DNA of 64,000 nucleotides from positions 1,111,902 to 1,175,901 of the forward strand of contig CP011392.1 of the NCBI GenBank assembly GCA_001005265.1. Reading direction: 5' to 3'. The translations under genes and the position numbers were made by a program. Of this stretch, positions 8,719 to 16,789 are shown in pieces (within the stretch, counting starts at the first letter, position 1; every line of letters begins with the position of its first letter). This DNA is from Dehalogenimonas sp. WBC-2 (lineage in GTDB: Bacteria; Chloroflexota; Dehalococcoidia; Dehalococcoidales; Dehalococcoidaceae). The notes beneath the pieces are model-generated. The model had not been told where the DNA came from and made no database searches. It saw nothing but the letters and a program-made list of their open reading frames with translations.

Positions 8719-9393
8719 ATGAAAATTCTACTGGTCGAGGATGATCAAAAGCTCTGCCTGACTCTCCGGAAATCGTTGGGCGAAGCCGGGCACGTGGTTG
8801 ATTTTGCCCATGATGGCGAGACCGGACTCCTCTATGCCGCAACCTCGGAATATGATCTGCTCCTTTTGGACGTGATGCTGTCTGGTGAAAAAGACGGCAT
8901 TGATGTATGCCGGTCTTTAAGACAGCAAGGGTTCATCTTGCCTGTTATCATGCTGACCGGCAAAACCCACGTCAGAGACCGGGTGGACGGTCTGGACGCT
9001 GGGGCAGATGATTATGTCCTCAAACCATTTTCAATCACTGAACTGAAGGCGCGCATCAGGGCGCTGCAAAGAAAGCAGTTGCCGGGCACATCAACGCTCA
9101 TTGAAATTTCGGATGTCTCAATTGATACCGTCACTCACCTGGTCACAGCGGGCGGCAAGCCGGTAGACCTTCCGGCCATAGAATACCGGGCGCTGGAATA
9201 TTTCATTTCCAATCCGGCCAGGGTGCTCACCCGGACAATGCTGGAGGAGCATGTTTGGGGCGGAGAGACTGATAATAGGTCCAATACTGTGGAAGCGCTT
9301 ATAAAAAGGCTGCGCCAACACCTCGGCTGGGATGCCCTGACCGGCCCGCTTCAGACCGTACGTGGACAGGGTTACAGGCTAAAGCCGTCATGA
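8719..9393 (+). CDS. OmpR/PhoB-family response regulator
   Basis: 224 aa. Receiver domain (LVEDD, LLLDVMLSG, KPF) and winged-helix output ending VRGQGYRLK. Confidence 0.93.
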   Translation: MKILLVEDDQKLCLTLRKSLGEAGHVVDFAHDGETGLLYAATSEYDLLLLDVMLSGEKDGIDVCRSLRQQGFILPVIMLTGKTHVRDRVDGLDAGADDYVLKPFSITELKARIRALQRKQLPGTSTLIEISDVSIDTVTHLVTAGGKPVDLPAIEYRALEYFISNPARVLTRTMLEEHVWGGETDNRSNTVEALIKRLRQHLGWDALTGPLQTVRGQGYRLKPS

Positions 9394-10757
9394 GACTCTG
9401 GCTGAAAAGCGTCAAGTTCAAGCTGACGGTTTTATATTCATTAGTCCTCGTGGCTGTTCTGGTCGTTTTTGGCCTTATTTCCTGGGCGTTCTTATCCTTC
9501 GGTTTGTTCAATAACCTAGAGGACTCGTTGGCGGCAGATTTCTCCAGCGTTAAAGACAACATCCAAAGAAACACTGGTGACGACCTGCCTGAACTGCTTG
9601 CTGAACTGGAACATGGGCTTGCCGGTTCACTTTTTGTTTACGATATCGCATCGGCAACATTATTCGGAAACCATTTCGATACAGATGCTGTCCGAGCAGC
9701 CCTGATTGATTTTATACCTCTAGGCGAAACGGCTCAGATCAAAAAAAGTCCTGACGGTCAGTTTCGCATGTATATTGCGCGTTACGACCAGGAGGCGGCT
9801 CCAGACAGGCTCTTGATAATTACCCGTCATGCCGGTTACATCTACGACACGCTTGAGGATTACAAGAACGTTCTTTATACACTGATTCCTTTTGTCATCG
9901 TCATCGCCGGCGTCTCTGGTTACTTCCTTGCCAGCCGCTCTATGAAACAGGTGAAGGTGATCACCGCCACCGCCAACGGCATTGATCCCGCTGACCTCAA
10001 AGACCGCATCCCCGTCAGGGGCAATGATGAACTGGGGCAATTGTCGCGCACCCTCAACTCATCCTTTGACCGCATCCACGGCTTCATTGACCGGCAGCGG
10101 CAGTTCGCCGCAGACGCCACCCATGACCTGAAGGCGCCCCTGACCAATATCAAGACACAGACTGAGGTGGCGTTGGACCGGAACCGTCCGGGTGCAGAGT
10201 ATCGGGACACCCTGCGCTCCATCGCCGAGGACACGGAGCAGATGGAGTCCATCGTTGAAGACCTGCTGACCCTGGCCAGTCTGGATACTGCGCCGGATGC
10301 CCAACACAGCACTCGCTTTGATCTTTCCAATGTTGCTGAGGACGCCCTTGACGGCTGGGAAGTCCCCTGCGCCGCCAAGGGCTTGACCCTTGCCCGCCGC
10401 ATCCAACCGGATATTGAGATAACCGGGGAACCGCTGGACTTCCAGCGTGTCTTGGGTAATCTCCTGGAGAACGCCGTCAAGGCTACCAGCGCGGGTGGCG
10501 TCACCGTTACCATGAACGAGAGCGGCGGAATAATCACCCTGACCGTAACTGACACCGGTATCGGTATCGCCCCGGAACACCTGCAAAAGATATTCTGGCG
10601 TTTCTACCGGGTTGACCGTCATGCTAAGGGCAACGGTCTGGGTCTGCCCATCGTCCAAGGCATCGCGGAGATGTACGGCGGGCGGGTGGAGGTAGAGAGT
10701 GAGGTGGGGCGAGGCACGGTGTTTCGGGTGGTCATACCTGCTCAGGACAGAGCTTGA
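9390..10757 (+). CDS. Sensor histidine kinase (2 TM, extracytoplasmic loop, HAMP, HisKA, HATPase_c)
   Basis: ATGA start/stop overlap with the RR gene. H-box ATHDLKAPLT, N-box LLENAVKA, DTGIGI, GNGLGLPIV. Confidence 0.93.
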   Translation: MRLWLKSVKFKLTVLYSLVLVAVLVVFGLISWAFLSFGLFNNLEDSLAADFSSVKDNIQRNTGDDLPELLAELEHGLAGSLFVYDIASATLFGNHFDTDAVRAALIDFIPLGETAQIKKSPDGQFRMYIARYDQEAAPDRLLIITRHAGYIYDTLEDYKNVLYTLIPFVIVIAGVSGYFLASRSMKQVKVITATANGIDPADLKDRIPVRGNDELGQLSRTLNSSFDRIHGFIDRQRQFAADATHDLKAPLTNIKTQTEVALDRNRPGAEYRDTLRSIAEDTEQMESIVEDLLTLASLDTAPDAQHSTRFDLSNVAEDALDGWEVPCAAKGLTLARRIQPDIEITGEPLDFQRVLGNLLENAVKATSAGGVTVTMNESGGIITLTVTDTGIGIAPEHLQKIFWRFYRVDRHAKGNGLGLPIVQGIAEMYGGRVEVESEVGRGTVFRVVIPAQDRA

Positions 10758-11072
10758 GCCAGCCGCCAGATATTTTTCTTTCTCTCCTTTCTTCTTTCAG
10801 CCACATCTACACTGTGAATGTTTTATGGATTTCCAAAAGAACAGAATCACCACCAACAACAGTTATGGCAATAACCAAAACTGGCTCACTCATATTATTT
10901 CTGGGGTTGTTTTTAATTTAGACCTCCTAATCAGTCTCTTTTTCCACGATAACCTCTTTCGTAGTTCTTTAACTTGTTATTCGGCGATAATGATAAACCA
11001 TGATATATAACTAAAACTACAGAACTGGGACTGTTTATTTACCACTACCACTGCACAATAATTACTACCAAT

Positions 11073-11627
11073 CTATTTGGACGGAACAACCAGATCACCA
11101 ATCTTTACATCAAGTATTGGTGTGAAGGAAATATCCCCACTGGGTAGTGTATTAACAGAACTACCAGTATCGAAGATGACCACCAAAAATGGAATAATGG
11201 GTATTGAACCCCTTTTATTGCGGATTTCAAAATCAATATCTAATGTAATATTGTTGTTTGTAATACTAGCGGTGGTAATTTTGCCATCCTTGAAGGTGAC
11301 GCTAACGCTGTCTATAGCCAAACGAATTTGTGAATATTTGGCATTTCTCAAGTTATCCGTTGCTATAGAAAACTGAGAGTCTTTAATTTCCATGAGGTTG
11401 AAGGTGTTGCGAGTTTCATTAATTTCAATTACAGTCCATTTTTGCGCCGAAACTTCATAAACTTGAATACTTGATAATGTCACTGCCACAGCGTCTATAT
11501 CTTTATATAAAACATTTGAACTGACATAGATATCGATCTGTGACTTAGGAGAAATCAAACCACAACCTGAAAGAAGCATCAATGATAGTATTAGCAGTGT
11601 ATGAATTGAAGAAAGATACTTGGACAT
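11073..11627 (-). CDS. Lipoprotein, DUF4382-like
   Basis: 184 aa. Lipobox LLSGC. The pattern ...VTLSSIQVY...W..I......FNLMEI.......A...L....YSQIRL...SV.V matches my recollection of DUF4382. Confidence 0.6.
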   Translation of the reverse strand: MSKYLSSIHTLLILSLMLLSGCGLISPKSQIDIYVSSNVLYKDIDAVAVTLSSIQVYEVSAQKWTVIEINETRNTFNLMEIKDSQFSIATDNLRNAKYSQIRLAIDSVSVTFKDGKITTASITNNNITLDIDFEIRNKRGSIPIIPFLVVIFDTGSSVNTLPSGDISFTPILDVKIGDLVVPSK

Positions 11628-11654
11628 TTTGTTACCTCCTTAATTGGTGTGCGT

Positions 11655-11683
11655 GAATTGGGCGGGTTATCCCCGCCCAATTC
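11655..11683 (-). terminator. Stem-loop between the 11711..12754 and 11073..11627 genes
   Basis: 12-bp GC-rich stem GAATTGGGCGGG / CCCGCCCAATTC with a 5-nt loop. No clear U-tract on the minus strand. Confidence 0.4.
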
Positions 11684-11710
11684 AATTTATGCCGTAGACT
11701 TGATGGGTAT

Positions 11711-12754
11711 TCAGTTGTTCGTGTTCAATGTTACTGTGCTCCCCGACGTGGAAACGGACAAACCAGTGAGATTTGGGAAATTGTTACTGTTCACTGTTGT
11801 GCTGCAAGAGTAACTTACAGTTGAATCGTCATGTTTCAGTGCAATATTCGTAAAAACAGTGTCGCCTGGGACATCGCTATTATAGTAGATATTATACCCT
11901 TCGAGTGTCCAGTAATGGCGTAAACCAAATATACCATCATGTCCAAAACCTGTTTCGACGTAAAAACCCGATGTTTCACCGGTAGTGAGATTTTTGATCT
12001 GTACTCGCCATTCTTCCCACGGGACTATCTGATACATCCATCCTTCCATTTGGTCGTTAACACTGCAATCAATAGAAGAGGCTGCATAATCATTCCCAAA
12101 TGTTTGAGCAAACCACGCTCTTCCTGTCCATGCATGACTTCCTCCTTGATTCCATTCCAACACTGGTTGAATTATTTTATCTCCTGCCCATGGTTCAATG
12201 CCACTAAATAGAAAATCTATTGCAGAGGACGAAGGGTTCTGAGCAAATGATGGAACAATCCATTTACAATAGCTTTCATCTATGCGAAGGCCTGTGTCAT
12301 GCGCATCTTCTATCCACCCATTGCCCGCACTAGGTACTGTGAGACGGGAGACTTTACTTTTATCTCTAAAGGATTTAGGCTCGATAACCGTAAATAAAAC
12401 CTCTCCATTTTTAATGATAACGGTACTATTCCCCGTATCCCGAATGTGAACGTCGTTTGGCACGGAAAACACATGTGTCGCTATTTTTTCTCCCTGTGGA
12501 GTAATTATTGATGTTGCATTTGCATCATTCGTCTTGAAAAGGAGTTGGCCGTCGGACGAGAAAACATTGGTAATACCGGATTCAAGTTGTTCAACAATAG
12601 AGCCTTTAGGTATCTTCACCCCATCATTACCAGTGCTAAATCCATTGTTAACAACAACGTATTCAGTGGCCGCCGCCACACTGCCACCCCCCAGCATCCC
12701 CGCTAGGAGTGTCATTGTGCAGAAGACTGTCAAGAACCTTTTTTTGAATGACAT
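11711..12754 (-). CDS. Secreted protein, C-terminal half possibly a glutamic-peptidase (G1/eqolisin)-like beta-sandwich
   Basis: Start chosen at MSFKKRFLTVFCTMTLLAGMLGGGSVAAA, a signal peptide paralogous to that of the 6991..7821 gene. C-terminal motifs WIVPS, FSGIEPW, IIQPVLEW, KNLTTGETS, WTLEG and TVFTNIAL resemble the G1 family order. Confidence 0.6.
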   Translation of the reverse strand: MSFKKRFLTVFCTMTLLAGMLGGGSVAAATEYVVVNNGFSTGNDGVKIPKGSIVEQLESGITNVFSSDGQLLFKTNDANATSIITPQGEKIATHVFSVPNDVHIRDTGNSTVIIKNGEVLFTVIEPKSFRDKSKVSRLTVPSAGNGWIEDAHDTGLRIDESYCKWIVPSFAQNPSSSAIDFLFSGIEPWAGDKIIQPVLEWNQGGSHAWTGRAWFAQTFGNDYAASSIDCSVNDQMEGWMYQIVPWEEWRVQIKNLTTGETSGFYVETGFGHDGIFGLRHYWTLEGYNIYYNSDVPGDTVFTNIALKHDDSTVSYSCSTTVNSNNFPNLTGLSVSTSGSTVTLNTNN

Positions 12755-12892
12755 TTTAGCTTTCCCTTCGTTTATTTTAATACCGTTGGCTGCCAATTGA
12801 AGCATTTATACATTCATCGGAGTCCTCGCTTTCGCCATTCCCAGTTGACGTGATTTTGATTAACCAACATCATGGCTTTTAGGTCACGGAAG

Positions 12893-12924
12893 ATCATAGC
12901 ACTCCAACATGACCGGGAGATGAC
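12893..12924 (-). promoter_or_regulatory. Promoter cassette P4: GGTCATCTCCCGGTCAT direct repeats followed by TGCTATGAT
   Basis: Plus-strand atgac at 12920-12924 and 12909-12913. The -10 is atcata at 12893-12898. About 70 bp is nearly identical to P3. Confidence 0.6.
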
Positions 12925-12960
12925 CAGCCCAAAGCTGGATTTAGGGTAAACTAAGGTACT

Positions 12961-13413
12961 ATGGCCATTTTATACGCTGCCCTCGGTCCGCAGGGACGCG
13001 GCATGCCGTGTCCACCCGTAAACAGTGTTTTTCCACAGCAAATCGTAAGGTACCATCTCGTCCGCCCACCACATCATTCTCCGCGAAACCGGAGGGGAGT
13101 TGTAGTGTATTTCGTAGGGTCTCTCGTAGGGGCCGATCTGAGATCGGCCCTATCCCCAGCCCTGTCCGGCGCAAACCGAAGTGTTTTCTTCTTCTAATTC
13201 GTCATCTTGGAAGCTTGTCCCCCCTCTCCGTTGACGGAGAGGGGGCTAGGGGGTGAGGTTTCGCATCTGCCGGGTTAAACTTGAAGCCTGTCCCCATAGC
13301 GCGACATCGGTATGCTATTCCCCAAGTATGTCTGCCGGATTGATCTTCTTTACAATGTTATTGACCATGTATCCCCCCTCTCCGTTGACGGAGAGGGGGC
13401 TAGGGGGTGAGGT
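12961..13413. repeat. Intergenic mosaic of palindromic repeat units
   Basis: Hairpins GGACGCGGCA/TGCCGTGTCC (12994-13013) and TAGGGGCCGATCT/AGATCGGCCCTA (13127-13152). Two identical 42-nt units cccccctctccgttgacggagagggggctagggggtgaggt at 13218-13259 and 13372-13413. Confidence 0.85.
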
Positions 13414-13455
13414 AGACTCCCCAAAAATAAATGCCCAAAAAGTTCCAAAACCCCA

Positions 13456-13484
13456 TTGACAATCACAATCATGAATACTACTAT
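13456..13484 (+). promoter_or_regulatory. Promoter module copy A (TTGACA-17 nt-TACTAT)
   Basis: ccaaaaccccaTTGACAatcac is shared almost exactly with copy B (29689) and copy C (46243). GGAG at 13507-13510 precedes the TTG start at 13517. Confidence 0.6.
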
Positions 13485-13516
13485 ATATCTATTAATTATT
13501 AGAACAGGAGAACACA

Positions 13517-13948
13517 TTGAACCAACCAAACGAATCCCCGGTCAAACGCAAGCGCGGCGCTCAGCCGGGCAATAAGAACGCCAGAACCCACGGCTTTTAC
13601 TCAGCATACGCCCGCTGCTGCCGTGCGGCTAAAGAAGAAAAGATCCACCGGGCCGCCGATATTGCCCGTATGGATCGGGATATCGCCGCCGCCCGGGCTA
13701 AGCTGGCGGCGGTCGTCCGCCACACCCCGGATAATTACCGCGTTATCCTGCTGGCAGTAGGCTCGGTCGCCCGGCTCTACTCTGCCAGATACCACCGCGG
13801 CGAGGCTATAAAAACTGCCGTCCTGGACGCCCTCAGAGAGTCCAGGCTGCCGCCGCGTCTAACCAGTGCGGCCCTGGAGGCGGCGGTGGTGGCGGCCAAT
13901 CTTTCACCGGCGCCGTCATTAGATTCAAATATCCAATCCCACGATTAG
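13517..13948 (+). CDS. Hypothetical basic protein with N-terminal GNxNAxxHGFYS motif
   Basis: 143 aa, TTG start 6 nt after GGAG. KRKRGAQPGNKNARTHGFYSAY, then an Ala/Arg-rich helical region. No family confidently recognised. Confidence 0.55.
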   Translation: MNQPNESPVKRKRGAQPGNKNARTHGFYSAYARCCRAAKEEKIHRAADIARMDRDIAAARAKLAAVVRHTPDNYRVILLAVGSVARLYSARYHRGEAIKTAVLDALRESRLPPRLTSAALEAAVVAANLSPAPSLDSNIQSHD

Positions 13949-14031
13949 GCCAAAGCTGAATTACGGAATTGTTTTATCACATTTATTTTTTTAGAAAAAA
14001 ATCGTCATCCGCGCACCGCCGCTTATCGCTC

Positions 14032-15309
14032 CTATTCATACCTGAGCGCTTCCACCGGGTCCAGCATGGCGGCTTTATTGGCCGGATACAAACCGGCCAG
14101 CAGGCTCACCACCGTGGTCAAGGCTATCACTCCCGGAATCAGCCAGGCTGAAAAAGCCGTCAGTTCAAAGCCGGGATAGTCCGAAAGGAAGGTCCGTGCG
14201 CCGATATAATTGATCGCCTGGCCCAAAAGCAGCGCCAGTCCGCCGCCGATAGCTCCACCGAAAAATCCCAGCGCCGCCCCTTCCATTGTGAAAAGAGAGC
14301 GGATATTGCCCCGGGTAGCCCCGACGGCCTTCATGACGCCAATCTCACGGGTGCGTTCATGAATCGCCATCAACAGCGTGTTGATGATGCCGATAGCCGC
14401 CACGATAAGAGCGATAATGCCAAAGGCAGAAAGGCCTATCTGGATAACACTGAAGACACTGTTGATCTGCGCCAGTATGTCATCCGGGGTGGTGGCGCTG
14501 AATCCCAGGTCGCGCACCGCTTGAGCGACAGCCGCCGTCTGCGACGGGTCTGTCGTCTTTATCTGAAGGACATAACCCGGCTGTGACTCAGAATAGCGTA
14601 ACGGATTGTCCTGATAGTAGCGCGCCATCTCTATTGCGTCCGCCTGCGGTATCAACAATTCAGCGCTGGAAACCTGTTTATCAATTATGCCAACGATGGT
14701 AAAAGTGTAATCCTGGGAGGCGAAATTATAAGCGATCTGTTTGCCAACATTGACCGTGACCTGCCGGCCTATAACCGACTCATCGTCGGGCCAGCCGAAA
14801 GCATCCAGATAATTATAAGCGATAAGGGCTACCCCTCTGTCGGAGTCACTAAAGCTGGAGCCCTGAAACAACGGACGAATATCAGCTTCATAAGCAGCCA
14901 CCCCGGAAACATTAACCGTGTAAATTTTTTCGGAATCATCCGGTTTAACGTAACGGGCCGATACACTCACCAGGTAATCTACCCGTTCAACACCAGGTAT
15001 GGCTTTCAATTTATCGACATCTGCGGCGGTGAAAGGAGTGATGATTGTCGTTTCGGAGGTATTAATCTCCTGCGGCCCGCCACCGCCCATGAAGCTATCA
15101 GCATCAGGACTGGATGAGGCAATAACGGCGGTATCCGGAAAACTCAACCCAAACTGACCAACGACGAATGACTGAAGACCGGTACCAAGTGAAACTACCA
15201 GGGAAATCAGCGTGGCACCGATGACTACCGCCGCCACCGTCAGTGCCGTGCGAAGTTTTCGGCGCCACAGGTTGGAAAAGGCCATGCTGAATAGTTCATT
15301 AATTTTCAT
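14032..15309 (-). CDS. ABC transporter permease, FtsX/MacB-type
   Basis: Start at MKINELFSMAFSNLWRRKLRT (typical FtsX-family N-terminus). Large extracytoplasmic domain and a C-terminal 3-TM FtsX domain. 11-nt overlap with the ATPase gene. Confidence 0.88.
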   Translation of the reverse strand: MKINELFSMAFSNLWRRKLRTALTVAAVVIGATLISLVVSLGTGLQSFVVGQFGLSFPDTAVIASSSPDADSFMGGGGPQEINTSETTIITPFTAADVDKLKAIPGVERVDYLVSVSARYVKPDDSEKIYTVNVSGVAAYEADIRPLFQGSSFSDSDRGVALIAYNYLDAFGWPDDESVIGRQVTVNVGKQIAYNFASQDYTFTIVGIIDKQVSSAELLIPQADAIEMARYYQDNPLRYSESQPGYVLQIKTTDPSQTAAVAQAVRDLGFSATTPDDILAQINSVFSVIQIGLSAFGIIALIVAAIGIINTLLMAIHERTREIGVMKAVGATRGNIRSLFTMEGAALGFFGGAIGGGLALLLGQAINYIGARTFLSDYPGFELTAFSAWLIPGVIALTTVVSLLAGLYPANKAAMLDPVEALRYE

Positions 15310-15979
15310 TTTTGTCTCCAGTGATAAGTCCGTCACGCATGGTGATGACCCGCCGGGCCCGTCGGGCAAGCTCCGCATCATGGGTAGCCACAATCAAAGT
15401 GATATTTTTCTCACTATTGAGATTGCTCAACAAATCCATGATGCGGCTGCCGTTGGCGGTATCCAGATTACCGGTCGGTTCATCAGCAACGATGATACTT
15501 GGATCAGTCACCAGCGCCCGCGCAATACTGACGCGCTGCCGTTCGCCGCCAGACAACTGGTTGGGCAGATGGTCAGCGCGATGCCCCATGCCCACCGCTT
15601 CCAGAGCGGCTTTAGCCCGGGTCAGCCTCTCGGCTTTAGCGACGCCACTAAAGATAAGAGGGATGGCTACATTCTCCAGGGCATTATAGGTAGGATGAAG
15701 ATGGAATGACTGGAAAACAAAGCCGACATTGTTATTACGATATTCTGCCAGTTCCTTATCAGATGCCCGGCTTAAATCTTTTCCTTCGACGACAATACTG
15801 CCGGACGAAGGTGTGTCGAGCCCTCCGACAAGGTGCAGCAGCGTGCTTTTGCCAGAGCCGGATGGCCCGACAAAAGCAGCGAATTCGCCCTTTTCCAATT
15901 CAAGACTTACTCCGGCCAGTGCGTGAACCGTTTCCTCTCCAAGGTGATAATCTTTTTTGAGGTCTTTAACTTCAATCAT
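15299..15979 (-). CDS. ABC transporter ATP-binding protein (MacB/LolD-like)
   Basis: Walker A GPSGSGKST, signature LSGGERQRVSIARAL, Walker B IIVADEPTGNLD. Confidence 0.93.
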   Translation of the reverse strand: MIEVKDLKKDYHLGEETVHALAGVSLELEKGEFAAFVGPSGSGKSTLLHLVGGLDTPSSGSIVVEGKDLSRASDKELAEYRNNNVGFVFQSFHLHPTYNALENVAIPLIFSGVAKAERLTRAKAALEAVGMGHRADHLPNQLSGGERQRVSIARALVTDPSIIVADEPTGNLDTANGSRIMDLLSNLNSEKNITLIVATHDAELARRARRVITMRDGLITGDKNEN

Positions 15980-15994
15980 TTCATTCCCAATCTA

Positions 15995-16789
15995 TTAATC
16001 GCGGCGGCTAAAAGCAACCGCCGCCAATGTCAGAAATATCACGCCAAGAACCACTACTACCATCATATCATCCAAAACACTCATCGTATGTCCAAATACG
16101 GTAACGCTGACTATTGAATCGGCACCCGGGGCGCCTAAGAATAGTTGACGGACCGCGTCGGCCCCATAAGTCAATGGATTGACTTTAGAAAGAGCCCCCA
16201 ACCAGGCCGGCACATTTCCTAATGGGAAGAAGACGCCGGAGGCAAACATCAGGGGCAATAGAAGCACCTGCATGACCATCTGAAAGGCTTGCTGGCTCCT
16301 CATACGGGAACCCAGCAAAAGCCCTAACCCGGAAAAAGTCATAGAGATCAAGACCAGAACCGGGATGAGTTGAACAACCAATGCCACGTCAATAGAAACA
16401 TCTAAAAACGGTGCCAGCACCAACATTATCAGCCCTTGGAACAGAGCGATCACCGCCGTGCCGATAGCTTTGCCGGCAATGATGCCGCCGCGGGGCAGGG
16501 GTGCGACCAGGACTTCCTTTAAAAATCCAAATTCTCGATCCCAAACAATAGTTAATCCGCTCATTAGCGATACCTGAAAAGCAGTCATGGCAATTATTCC
16601 GGGATACATGAATTGAGTGAAATTTACGCCCGGGATCAAAGCGCCGATGGTATTAGAAAAACCCGCGCTGAATACTATCAATAATAAAACCGGCATGCTA
16701 AACGAGGAAATCAGGCGGGTACGATTACTTAAAAACCTCAGCAGTTCACGATAGGCGGTAACCCAGATAGCTCTTAACACTAAACTCAT
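15995..16789 (-). CDS. ABC-2 type transporter permease
   Basis: 264 aa with 6 hydrophobic segments. ATGA overlap with the upstream ATPase gene. Confidence 0.85.
   Translation of the reverse strand: MSLVLRAIWVTAYRELLRFLSNRTRLISSFSMPVLLLIVFSAGFSNTIGALIPGVNFTQFMYPGIIAMTAFQVSLMSGLTIVWDREFGFLKEVLVAPLPRGGIIAGKAIGTAVIALFQGLIMLVLAPFLDVSIDVALVVQLIPVLVLISMTFSGLGLLLGSRMRSQQAFQMVMQVLLLPLMFASGVFFPLGNVPAWLGALSKVNPLTYGADAVRQLFLGAPGADSIVSVTVFGHTMSVLDDMMVVVVLGVIFLTLAAVAFSRRD

Noticed and set aside
10758-11072. 315-bp AT-rich gap after the histidine kinase, with ORF 10699..11010 and a 28-aa minus-strand ORF (MSEPVLVIAITVVGGDSVLLEIHKTFTV).
   Set aside because: Neither ORF has a ribosome-binding site or a recognisable motif. 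The long ORF overlaps the kinase 3' end. I treat the region as non-coding spacer.
3263-13413. Considered whether the recurring hairpin units form a CRISPR array.
   Set aside because: The units belong to several different families, are irregularly spaced, are partly inverted, and have no uniform spacers or nearby cas genes. A REP/MITE-like mosaic fits better.
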